49,282 nucleotides of DNA. It comes from Spirochaetota bacterium. Lineage in GTDB: Bacteria > Spirochaetota > UBA4802 > UBA5550. The position numbers and the translations under genes were made by a program. Below are positions 28,506-37,418 of the stretch, one piece after another; positions within the stretch are counted from its first letter, which is position 1, and the number at the start of each line of letters is the position of its first letter. The stretch covers positions 1-49,282 of the forward strand of contig JBNKTL010000037.1 of the NCBI GenBank assembly GCA_050298055.1, written 5' to 3'. The notes under the pieces are model-generated. The model searched no databases. It was not told the DNA's origin and worked only from the letters and a program-made list of their open reading frames with translations.

Positions 28506-29171
28506 ATGATACATTATTTTAAAAGAACCCTTCTCTGTTTAATACCGGTCTCACTGGCAGTTATCCTTATTTTTGATATGAAGGCACTCTCCCAGCAAGA
28601 GAACAGTGTCTCTGGGAAAGAAGAGGTCTACATCCTTTCAATCCTCAATGAACTGATAAAAATCCGTGTAAAGGATGGAATTGCCGTAACTCATGACAAG
28701 GGTGAAAATCAATGGTTTGCAGTATACGATAAAAAAACCGGACACCCCCTTGTTTTCCTTCATCCTACCAGGTTATCCAAAATGGATGCCATCAGGAATC
28801 AGCAGAACTATATCACCCGAATGATGAAAAGGCCGGGTGGAAAAGAATTGAAAAAGGAGCAGAAGAACCTCGGGGGATTAAGGAGTACCGTTTTCTTTAC
28901 AAGAAAGAGTTATAAAAACGGGAGAAAAAGTCCCTGGCGGCCTTCTGAAGTTTTCACCTCATGCGGATACAGGGTATTGCTCAGAACAAACCACATTGAC
29001 AGACAGCGATTCAAAATTATTCAAATCGCCGCTGATCTTAACCGTATCGCCCTGAAAAGAGGGCTGGATAAATGGGCCGGTCATGAGGAATACCCAAAAT
29101 ACTTTGAGGAGGATATCGCAGAAGGGAGCGATGCTGACCTGAACAAGCAGATGGAAGGACTCTTCAGGTAG
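28506..29171 (+). CDS. Hypothetical protein, probably exported
   Basis: 221-aa ORF with N-terminal hydrophobic segment, AGGA RBS and an upstream promoter. Confidence 0.65.
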   Translation: MIHYFKRTLLCLIPVSLAVILIFDMKALSQQENSVSGKEEVYILSILNELIKIRVKDGIAVTHDKGENQWFAVYDKKTGHPLVFLHPTRLSKMDAIRNQQNYITRMMKRPGGKELKKEQKNLGGLRSTVFFTRKSYKNGRKSPWRPSEVFTSCGYRVLLRTNHIDRQRFKIIQIAADLNRIALKRGLDKWAGHEEYPKYFEEDIAEGSDADLNKQMEGLFR

Positions 29172-29484
29172 ATTTCGGATAGATCATCTCCTCATTGAAC
29201 CATACGGAAACCTTCAGGCATGACTGGCAGAGGGCGGTGGAGAGGACATCTATATTCGTTCTGTTAAGGTCCCTGATCAGGGTTTTTTCAAGTTCTGTTA
29301 TCTCTTTGAGTTTTTCATTATAGAACCCGTCTCCCCATTTATAGTGGCACCAGAGATGTTGAGTGTTTTCACCGCAGTGGGGGCAGTTGATATAGCTTTT
29401 ACTTACGACTTTATCCTTTTTGTCCATCTGGCCTGCATATTCCGGAGATTTATTATTTTGAGAAAAATCAATATTCCCAGTCAC
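29164..29484 (-). CDS. Small zinc-ribbon protein
   Basis: CPHC..CQSC..SVW..MIYP; AAGGA RBS before a GTG start. Confidence 0.55.
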   Translation of the reverse strand: MTGNIDFSQNNKSPEYAGQMDKKDKVVSKSYINCPHCGENTQHLWCHYKWGDGFYNEKLKEITELEKTLIRDLNRTNIDVLSTALCQSCLKVSVWFNEEMIYPKST

Positions 29485-29638
29485 TGTCCTTTTGAAAAAG
29501 GAAAATATATTTACTGGTGATGCACACAGAGTTATTAAATGCTAAATTTTGTATGTTGAATGTTAAATTATGTGCAAATACCTCATTAATCAATTGATTT
29601 TTCAATAAATATAATTTAAGTTAGGTTGAGTTAATATA

Positions 29639-30313
29639 ATGAATGAATATCTTGAACCTACATACTATATAGACTCCGATTCAAAAGCGGTAAAGGGGTT
29701 CGTTGAAAAGAATACGAGTCCCGGAGAGAGTGAGAAGGAGAAGGGAATAAAGCTTTTTTACGCGGTACGGGACATGATCAGGTACAATCCCTATACAATG
29801 ACATTTGATAAAAGTAAGTATAAGGGAAGTTATCTTCTCGGAGTCAGTGAAGGTTTCTGTATCCAGAAGGCTATTCTTCTGGCTGCGGCCGTACGGTGCG
29901 CCGGAATTCCTTCACGGCTGAACTTTGCCATTGTCATTAATCACCTGACAACTGAACGCCTCTCAAAACTTTTGAAAACGGACCTCTTTGTTTTCCACGG
30001 ATCAACGGAAATCTCTTTAAACGGCAGGTGGGTAAAGGTTACCCCGGCCTTTAATCTTTCTCTTTGTGAAAAATTTGGAGTGCATCCTCTTGACTTTGAC
30101 GGAGCCAACGATTCTCTCTTTCATCCTTTTGACAGGGAAGGAAACAAGCATATGGAGTATGTCCATGATTATGGTTCCTTTGCCGATTTTCCTTTTGAAA
30201 TGATGATCGCTGAATTCAAAAAACACTACCCGCACCTTATGAAAATACATGAACATGATATTAATGAAGGCGATTTTGAATCTGAAGCAAGCAGGGAAAG
30301 CGGGAGAGACTAG
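29639..30313 (+). CDS. Transglutaminase-like protein
   Basis: VRD.IRYNPY, GFCIQKA, GIPSRL, FHG..E, WVK.TPAFN. Confidence 0.9.
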   Translation: MNEYLEPTYYIDSDSKAVKGFVEKNTSPGESEKEKGIKLFYAVRDMIRYNPYTMTFDKSKYKGSYLLGVSEGFCIQKAILLAAAVRCAGIPSRLNFAIVINHLTTERLSKLLKTDLFVFHGSTEISLNGRWVKVTPAFNLSLCEKFGVHPLDFDGANDSLFHPFDREGNKHMEYVHDYGSFADFPFEMMIAEFKKHYPHLMKIHEHDINEGDFESEASRESGRD

Positions 30314-30339
30314 GCAGAAGGCGTTACCGGTATGCTGTT

Positions 30340-31089
30340 ATGTACAGAGTCGGGGTTTCCTTTCATGGTGATTTAAATTTCTTTCTTGCAGGGAAAAACA
30401 GGAAGAGAGGGGGAGAGGTTTTTTTCAGGGGAAGACGTTCTGTGAAGGACCTCATTGAATCTCTGGGAGTACCCCATGTTGAGGTGGACGGCATATTTGT
30501 AAACGGGGCCCCTGTTGACTTCAGGTACGTTGTGGCGGACAACGACAGGATAGAGGTTTTTCCCGATATATCAATTTCCGGCCGAAAAAAAACCATAAAA
30601 CTGAAACAGGAAACTGACTGTTCCACCCGGTTTCTCCTGGATGTGCACCTGAAGAAGCTGGCATCCAGGATGAGGCTTCTGGGGCTTGACACGGATTTCT
30701 CTGAAAACAGAAATGACAGGGAGCTTGCGTTAATATCCTCCTCCCTTAACAAAATGGTACTCACCAGGGACAGGCAGCTTTTAATGCATAAAAATGTTTT
30801 ATCGGGAATGTATGTCATGAGCACGGGAACGGAGAACCAGATCAGAGAGGTCCTTGAGAGGCTTGACCTTTGGGAGTGCTGCAGGCCCTTTACCCGGTGT
30901 ATCAGCTGTAACGGAAATCTTGCTGAAATTCATGATGAGTCTCTTATAAAAGAGAGAGTTCCCCCGGGTGTGAGGGAATGGTGCACAAAGTATCATGCCT
31001 GCAGTTCCTGCATGAATATATACTGGGAGGGGAGTCATTTCAACAGGCTGAAAAAAATTGTCTGGGAAATATTGGGCGGCAGGAGATAA
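30340..31089 (+). CDS. Mut7-C RNase with N-terminal ubiquitin-like domain
   Basis: VKDLIESLGVPHVEV, LDVHL..L, LTRD, RCISCNG..CSSC..YWEGSH. Confidence 0.9.
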   Translation: MYRVGVSFHGDLNFFLAGKNRKRGGEVFFRGRRSVKDLIESLGVPHVEVDGIFVNGAPVDFRYVVADNDRIEVFPDISISGRKKTIKLKQETDCSTRFLLDVHLKKLASRMRLLGLDTDFSENRNDRELALISSSLNKMVLTRDRQLLMHKNVLSGMYVMSTGTENQIREVLERLDLWECCRPFTRCISCNGNLAEIHDESLIKERVPPGVREWCTKYHACSSCMNIYWEGSHFNRLKKIVWEILGGRR

Positions 31090-31096
31090 AAGTTAT

Positions 31097-31125
31097 TTGA
31101 CGTGTATAAAAAAGTGCTTTATAAA
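31097..31125 (+). promoter_or_regulatory. sigma70-type promoter
   Basis: TTGACG-17 bp-TATAAA upstream of the diguanylate cyclase. Confidence 0.5.
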
Positions 31126-31183
31126 TAATCTGAATGCTGAGTAACAGAGTGTAATGGTCAATTTTCTTTAAAAGGCACTTTTG

Positions 31184-32098
31184 ATGGATGAAAAGAGAAA
31201 TACTGTTCTCATTGTTGATGATAACCAGGTAAATATCAGTTTTCTCGAAAAAATATTATTTAAAAGCGGCTATGAAACTTTAAGTGCCAGGGGCGGCAGG
31301 GAAGCCCTTGAGGTCATTGATAAAAGCAAACCGGATCTGATACTTCTTGATGTGATGATGCCGGGAATGGACGGCTTTGAAGTCTGTGAAAAAGTGAAAT
31401 CTTCCCCTGATACAGATGATGTTCCGGTTATTTTTTTAACGGCAAAAACAGAGACGGAGGCCCTTGTAAGGGGGTTTGATGTGGGGGCCGCGGACTACAT
31501 AACAAAACCCTTCCAGAGGGCGGAACTTCTTGCCCGGGTCAGGACCCACATTACTATGAAAGAAATGCAGAGGGAACTTCTCAGGCAGAACGTTCTTCTC
31601 GCCAAACTTGCCAGGACAGACCCTCTTACCGGGGTCAATAACAGGAGATATTTTATTGAAGCCCTTGAACGGGAGTTTGCGCGCTCCCTGAGGTATGAGA
31701 ATCCTCTCTCCCTTATGATTATTGATGCCGACCATTTTAAATCGATCAACGATCTCTACGGTCATGATACAGGGGACGGGGTTCTGAAAGCCCTGTGTGA
31801 TGCGGGTAACACTGTTTTCAGAAAAACAGATATCTTTGCCAGGATAGGCGGTGAAGAATTTGGCGTAATACTCCCCTATGCCGATCAGACAAAAGGTGTT
31901 GAGATTGCAGAGAGATTTCTCAGGAGGATAGGGGAACTCACTGTTAAATCCGAGAAGGGAGATGTTAACTTCACTGTGAGTATTGGAGTTGCTTCGGTTG
32001 ATGAACTGACAACAAAAATGGAAAAACTTATGAAAAAAGCCGACAAGGCACTCTATCTTGCCAAAGAGAACGGCAAAAACAGAATTGAAGTCTTCTGA
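31184..32098 (+). CDS. Response-regulator diguanylate cyclase (REC-GGDEF)
   Basis: VDD, LLDVMMP, KPF; DPLTG, RKTD I-site, GGEEF. Confidence 0.95.
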   Translation: MDEKRNTVLIVDDNQVNISFLEKILFKSGYETLSARGGREALEVIDKSKPDLILLDVMMPGMDGFEVCEKVKSSPDTDDVPVIFLTAKTETEALVRGFDVGAADYITKPFQRAELLARVRTHITMKEMQRELLRQNVLLAKLARTDPLTGVNNRRYFIEALEREFARSLRYENPLSLMIIDADHFKSINDLYGHDTGDGVLKALCDAGNTVFRKTDIFARIGGEEFGVILPYADQTKGVEIAERFLRRIGELTVKSEKGDVNFTVSIGVASVDELTTKMEKLMKKADKALYLAKENGKNRIEVF

Positions 32099-32668
32099 TC
32101 AGAGCCCCAGTTGATCACTTATACCCTGCATTGCCCCAAGTGATATTTCAGCAAATTCATTAAGGGGTATCCCGATGGTTTCACATTCCCGTATGATCTC
32201 CCTGCTCACAGATGCAGCAAAGGCCTTCTCCTTCATTCTCCTGGTTATGGATTTCGGTTTAACGCTTGCAAGCTTTTTGTCTGGATAAACAAGGGCCGTT
32301 GCAATGATCAAGCCTGTTATTGTTTCCCCGGCTGCCAGTGCGTGATGAAAAACGCTTTCCCTCTTTTTGTCATGGGCCTGTTCGTTATGTCTTACAATTG
32401 CATCGACTATCTCCGGATCAACGCCCTTCCGGGTAAGAATTTTTTCTGTTTCCAGAACATGCCTCTCCAGGTCTGCGTCTGTTAATTCAACATCCAGATC
32501 GTGGAGAAGCCCGGCAAGTCCCCATTTATCCGCATCCTCACCCAGCTTCCCGGCAAGCGCTCTCATGACAGCCTCCGATGCGTAACAGTGTTTCAGGAGG
32601 TTCTCATTCCTGATATTGTTCTTTAAAAGTTCTAATGCTTCTTCCCGGCTGATTCCATATCCTGACAT
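32099..32668 (-). CDS. HD-domain hydrolase
   Basis: LLKHC, GLLHDLD, RMKEKAFA; AGGAG RBS before ATG 32668. Confidence 0.88.
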   Translation of the reverse strand: MSGYGISREEALELLKNNIRNENLLKHCYASEAVMRALAGKLGEDADKWGLAGLLHDLDVELTDADLERHVLETEKILTRKGVDPEIVDAIVRHNEQAHDKKRESVFHHALAAGETITGLIIATALVYPDKKLASVKPKSITRRMKEKAFAASVSREIIRECETIGIPLNEFAEISLGAMQGISDQLGL

Positions 32669-32716
32669 TGTCTTCTCCTGGCTAATCATTTAAATACGAT
32701 TAAAAAGATGTGTAAG

Positions 32717-32810
32717 AAGGGGGATAGGGAGATACAGAGGGGATGGGGGGATGTGATAAGTATTTTTCTTTTCTTTATCTCCCTATCTTCTCCATCACCA
32801 TATCTCCTTT
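32717..32810. repeat. Purine/pyrimidine 8-mer inverted repeat
   Basis: gggggatagggagata.. versus ..tatctccctatcttctcc. Confidence 0.55.
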
Positions 32811-32994
32811 TCTTACACTCTTTTTCTTTCTCCATTTGCGCCTTGGCGGTTCAAAAATCTTCTCTTATCATTTTAAAAAATAAAATTAACACGCAAATAA
32901 TAGTTGCAGCCAGTTCCATTGCAAGAAAAAAAGTTTGAAGCTGCTCTCCATGAGAATTAAATTGAGAGTAGAAGATATATAAAGGACTTTATTT

Positions 32995-33597
32995 ATGGAT
33001 GATGATAGTGTTAAAGATATTCTCCCGGCATTACGGGTGATTTCGTTTCTCCCCTTTTTACTGTTTTTCGGATCTCTTCTCTACTTTCTTTTTGCCGGCT
33101 CTGAAGATAATATTTCTCATAACAGCGCTGTGACCGGGTATCATTTGACCGGATCAGGACATGAAAGATTATCAGCAAGGAAGATCGGGGGATTCAGGAT
33201 AACTGCATACTGTTCAGGAAAATGCTGCAACGGCAGATGGCATGGGCAGACTGCTCTGGGCAGGAGTATGAGCTATTATATGAAGAAAAAAATTAAGATT
33301 GCAGCGGTAGACCCGGAGATTATACCTCTGGGGACATGGCTGAAATATGGCGCAAAGTATTACCTTGCGGCGGATACCGGGAGTTATATCAAGGGAAGAA
33401 GGGTCGATTTGCTTTTAAATGACCATGGATCAACCGTAGAATTTGGTATAAAGCATGATCAGACTATTGAGGTTATAGCAGATGAGAGGGTGATGAGCCG
33501 GCTCTTAAGGTTTTTTTATGAACCGGGCATATTTGAAATCTCTTACCTGGCTGACCACCCCTTCGTTTACAGGGGTATCAAGGAGAATGTTCATTGA
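32995..33597 (+). CDS. Membrane-anchored 3D-domain protein
   Basis: TAYC, AVDPEIIPLGT, ADTGSYIKG.RVDL. Confidence 0.88.
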   Translation: MDDDSVKDILPALRVISFLPFLLFFGSLLYFLFAGSEDNISHNSAVTGYHLTGSGHERLSARKIGGFRITAYCSGKCCNGRWHGQTALGRSMSYYMKKKIKIAAVDPEIIPLGTWLKYGAKYYLAADTGSYIKGRRVDLLLNDHGSTVEFGIKHDQTIEVIADERVMSRLLRFFYEPGIFEISYLADHPFVYRGIKENVH

Positions 33598-33945
33598 TCT
33601 GTTGAAGTGGTGTTCATCATTGAACGGTTCAAGTTTGTAATCCTTCTCCCACTCTATCTTAACTTTGAAAAGCCTGTTGATATTACTGCTCAGTCCTCTT
33701 TTCAATGATGTTATCCAGGACCGGGTATCCTTCTTGTAGAGTTCTGACAGTGAAAAGAGCATGTGCAGTGCTCCCGGCATAAGGCAGTAGCAGTAGAGTT
33801 CAATTTCACTTCCCCTTTGACTTCTGTTTCCCAGTTCTCTGAGGACCTCTTCGGCGATTTTCTGGGAACTGAAATCGTGTTCCCTGTTGCGGATGCCGAT
33901 GACAGCAAAGTAAACATCTTTAACCGTGTATTCTCTTTTTTTCAT
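33505..33945 (-). CDS. Degenerate Y1/RAYT transposase homologue
   Basis: YF...IRNR, LYCYCLMPGALH, WEKDY, TPVNEGVV..DFKY line up with RAYT motifs, but catalytic residues differ. Confidence 0.7.
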   Translation of the reverse strand: MKKREYTVKDVYFAVIGIRNREHDFSSQKIAEEVLRELGNRSQRGSEIELYCYCLMPGALHMLFSLSELYKKDTRSWITSLKRGLSSNINRLFKVKIEWEKDYKLEPFNDEHHFNRSMNILLDTPVNEGVVSQVRDFKYARFIKKP

Positions 33946-34050
33946 CTTCTGTTTTTAACCTAAAGTTTATGGATAAGGGAGTATAATTTCCGATAATTAT
34001 AGTGTCATTATCTTTACTTAATTGCAAAATAGTACTGAATTGTTTAATAG

Positions 34051-34140
34051 GAGCTACTCAGCTATATGGATAGAATAAATTCAATTAAAAAAATATCAAC
34101 AGTAACTACTCAGTTTATACATAGCTGAGTAGTTACTGTT
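34051..34140. repeat. Short copy of the MITE-like repeat with 16-bp perfect stem
   Basis: aacagtaactactcag (34098-34113) and ctgagtagttactgtt (34125-34140); 34051-34100 aligns with 44840-44892. Confidence 0.7.
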
Positions 34141-34203
34141 TAACAATAGTATCGATGGATGCAAAATATTAAAAAAAACAATAACTGAAAGTGAGTCGTT
34201 TTT

Positions 34204-34941
34204 ATGAAAAAGATCATTGTTATCATATTAATCCTGGGATCGGCAGCTGTATCATATTTTTATAGCAGTGAAATTTACAGGTTTCACATGAAGACCTGGT
34301 ATACTCTCTTTAAAGGTAACGACTACAAAGGCATGATGAAAAGAGCCAATGAGATGTATAAAAATAATGAATATAAAAAACTTCATGATTTTCTGAAAGT
34401 TATTATCCTTATCTATAATGACAGGCCCGAAGCTGTACGACTCATGGGAATGAATATGATCAAGCTTGGTAACAGGAAAAGAGGCATTGAGGTAATAGTC
34501 TCCTCTTTAAATGGCCGAAACATTGACAAGCGGATTATAAGGGAGACTGTTGTTGAACTCTACAGGCAGAAACTCTATGGTGATATTATTGATGTTGTGG
34601 ATAAGAACCTGCGCGGTGATGATTATCTGGTAGAATTTTATTACGGGGTCTCCCTTTTCCACATGAAAATGTACGAGAGAGCTATTACAGTTTTAAAAAG
34701 ATCCGCAGCATCGGGAAAAGGAAAATTTACTGCCGGGTTGAAATCTGATCTCTATTATTATATAGCTCTGTCCCATGAGAGCTCGGGAAGGCTTGAAGAA
34801 GCGTTGAAAAACCTTAACAGGGCAGACAAACTATCGCGTTCCGGGAAAAGGACCGGTGAAGCACTGGTAAGGATATATAGAAAGCTGGGTGATTATCGAA
34901 ATGCGGAAAAGCGCCTCAGGACTCAGAGGCGGCTCTATTGA
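34204..34941 (+). CDS. Membrane-anchored TPR protein
   Basis: N-terminal TM; FYYGVSLF..Y.RA and YYIALSH..G..EEA helical repeats. Confidence 0.8.
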   Translation: MKKIIVIILILGSAAVSYFYSSEIYRFHMKTWYTLFKGNDYKGMMKRANEMYKNNEYKKLHDFLKVIILIYNDRPEAVRLMGMNMIKLGNRKRGIEVIVSSLNGRNIDKRIIRETVVELYRQKLYGDIIDVVDKNLRGDDYLVEFYYGVSLFHMKMYERAITVLKRSAASGKGKFTAGLKSDLYYYIALSHESSGRLEEALKNLNRADKLSRSGKRTGEALVRIYRKLGDYRNAEKRLRTQRRLY

Positions 34942-35990
34942 TTTTTTTTCAGTTTTAATTTTTCCAGGGGACGTGACATTCTTTTGATTATTTCACCGGA
35001 AACATCATTAATACTCTTCCCCTTAATATGAGACTGCATCCAGATGAGATCATTATTTTTAAGGTCTATTGATCTTACCCATGCTTCTTTCCCCCCTTTC
35101 CTGAATCCAACGATAAGAAGATAATCAAGAGTATTTCCATAAACAGAATTGAGCCTGCTGATAACGTTGGTTTTTGTGTCAAGGTAGTCGTAATCATACT
35201 TGAGATAGATGTTTTTCATCTTCTCGACTTTCTTTTTATGGGCGGGACCGGCCCAGGATCCAAAGGGGAATTTTATGGTTCTGTAGTCGGTAATATAGTC
35301 ATATGTATTATCATTGCTGCTGATGTACATGAATCTATTGATCATTTTATTATCGATATTATTACTGAGCTGGTTCCCCTGAAAATGAACGAGGCGGTAT
35401 CCTTTTTCCAGTAATGTTATATAGAACTCGTTTAAATCGGAACCGGAGATGTTGGTCAAGACTGCAAGGTTTGAGCCTTTCTGAATAACACGTCTCCTGT
35501 ATATCTTCTCCCTGTCCATATAGTTGATCAGTATCTGGGTAATCCGGTCAACCAGTTTGAAAATCTCTGTCTCCATTTTTCCGATGTTTGTAAATGTAAA
35601 GATATGATGAGATTTCTTCATATAGAGGTTAAGAATAATTTTTATCCTGTTTTCAGGAAGGGGGGTAAATGAACCGTAGATAAAAATATCAGAGCCGATT
35701 TTATCAACAAGCTTCTTCAATTCATACGGGTGGTATTCCTTTTTTAATGCGAGTTTATTTTTGGAAAGTTTTTCGTTGATCGCATGGGGTTTTACAACGT
35801 CCACATCAAATATATTACTGATAGAGCTGGCAAATGAATTGGGGAAAATGGTTTCAAGATAGTTGTAATTTCTTTCATCGGAATTATTGGCAAGATAGCC
35901 AAAGGCTATCCTGCTTTTACCTGCAGCGTCTGCCGCAAAAAAAAATGATATAATGATGAAAAAAAGAAGTAATGTTGAAGTCTTTCTCAT
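34935..35990 (-). CDS. Hypothetical exported protein
   Basis: 351 aa, signal peptide ending ADA; coupled to the upstream gene. Confidence 0.75.
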   Translation of the reverse strand: MRKTSTLLLFFIIISFFFAADAAGKSRIAFGYLANNSDERNYNYLETIFPNSFASSISNIFDVDVVKPHAINEKLSKNKLALKKEYHPYELKKLVDKIGSDIFIYGSFTPLPENRIKIILNLYMKKSHHIFTFTNIGKMETEIFKLVDRITQILINYMDREKIYRRRVIQKGSNLAVLTNISGSDLNEFYITLLEKGYRLVHFQGNQLSNNIDNKMINRFMYISSNDNTYDYITDYRTIKFPFGSWAGPAHKKKVEKMKNIYLKYDYDYLDTKTNVISRLNSVYGNTLDYLLIVGFRKGGKEAWVRSIDLKNNDLIWMQSHIKGKSINDVSGEIIKRMSRPLEKLKLKKNQ

Positions 35991-36562
35991 TACCTTTTTG
36001 ACATGCTCTGAATAAAGTGGTCTGTTACTGTTTCAATATTATCAATCTCTGATGTGGGATAGTTCTCAATCCAGATAAGCTGATAGCTGTTAAGGTCTAT
36101 TGCGCGCCCCCAGCTTATGTGAGACCAATCTTTCAGATCAAGAAGGACAATGTACTGGACTCTCCATTTTGTCTTCAGTTCGTTGATGATCTCGGCTTTG
36201 TTCACTTCGAAGTTATATATATGAAGTTTGTAGATATTATTGATTGTTCTCTCCATGGAAATGATTGAGTCTTTTGCCCTGCTCTTATATGAGACCTTTT
36301 TTAAATCCTTAATATCAAAAACATCTTCTAATGAATAAAAGTCTGATGCGTTAACGGCCATAACTTCATATCCCTTTGCCATAAACCTGCCTAATATGGC
36401 ATTTTTAACAGAATTTTTTCCATCAATTATTACCGCTATCCTTGCACCGGGCAGTACAGGTTTTTGTATGAATCTGATATTCTTTTTATTACTGCAGGAA
36501 ATTATTGATATGGTCAGGATGAGAGAAAGTGAAAAAATAACTTTAAAACCGGGTTGCTTCAT
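35990..36562 (-). CDS. Putative lipoprotein
   Basis: Lipobox IISC; GGAGG RBS. Confidence 0.75.
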   Translation of the reverse strand: MKQPGFKVIFSLSLILTISIISCSNKKNIRFIQKPVLPGARIAVIIDGKNSVKNAILGRFMAKGYEVMAVNASDFYSLEDVFDIKDLKKVSYKSRAKDSIISMERTINNIYKLHIYNFEVNKAEIINELKTKWRVQYIVLLDLKDWSHISWGRAIDLNSYQLIWIENYPTSEIDNIETVTDHFIQSMSKR

Positions 36563-36600
36563 TTAGTCCCTCCGGGATTAATTAGAATTAAAATTACAAC

Positions 36601-36627
36601 AGCAGATACTTTTCCCGTATCTGCTGC
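36601..36627. terminator. Hairpin, probable terminator
   Basis: agcagatac-ttttccc-gtatctgct downstream of the 36660-37367 gene. Confidence 0.5.
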
Positions 36628-36659
36628 TTATTTATCGATACAATGAGGATAATGTCAAA

Positions 36660-37367
36660 CTATTTTTTTTCGGTTTTCGCCCCTTCTTTTTTTTCAGTAT
36701 TGGCCTCTTCCTTCTTCTCAGGTTGTTTTTTTTCTTCTTCTTCAGATATTCGTTTCTGATAATTTTTAAATCCTTCCTTGTTGATCTTGCTTTCGGCTAT
36801 GAGGCCCATGAGGTACTCGTTTGATTTTATTTTAAACTTCTGCAGTGTGAGGTATCTCCGTATCTGCATGTCAGCTTCGTTTATGGGTACACCCCTGAAC
36901 CTGCTCATGTTCTTTTTGTGAAAATCGTCTATCTCTGTCTGAGTGACAGATACCTCATCTTTTAAAGCGTTGGTAAGGTAGTATTGTCCAACAAGCTGAA
37001 GTTTAGAAATCTCTATAATGGTGTTGAGCTCTTCCTTGTCAAGCTTCGGATCGTTCATGGCTTTTTTAAAGAGGAGTTTCTGGGCTACAAAGTGGTCAAG
37101 AAAATTGCTCTTAATGAGGGTCTGCCTGTATTCCGGTCTCAATGTTGATGGGTTTGCCGCAAGCTTGTCCACATCTTTATCTGAAGCCAGGTTAAGGGCG
37201 AGTTTATTCTGTGTGTAGTAGTACCTGTTAAATTCATCTATTGTTACGACTTCATCATCAATTTTAACTGCCCATTCACCCGATTTCCCTCCTTTACTGT
37301 CACAGGAAAGAAAAAGAATTGATGAAGCAGCAACGGTTAATGCGAGAATTACTTTAATTGATTTCAT
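36660..37367 (-). CDS. SurA-N-like lipoprotein (LipL31-like)
   Basis: Lipobox FLSC, AVKIDDEVVT..EF, LLFKKA; directly downstream of mfd. Confidence 0.7.
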   Translation of the reverse strand: MKSIKVILALTVAASSILFLSCDSKGGKSGEWAVKIDDEVVTIDEFNRYYYTQNKLALNLASDKDVDKLAANPSTLRPEYRQTLIKSNFLDHFVAQKLLFKKAMNDPKLDKEELNTIIEISKLQLVGQYYLTNALKDEVSVTQTEIDDFHKKNMSRFRGVPINEADMQIRRYLTLQKFKIKSNEYLMGLIAESKINKEGFKNYQKRISEEEEKKQPEKKEEANTEKKEGAKTEKK

Positions 37368-37418
37368 GGTTCGTTCCTTTTTATAGTCTTCACGTTTTTT
37401 GAATGGAAAAGCTAGCAG

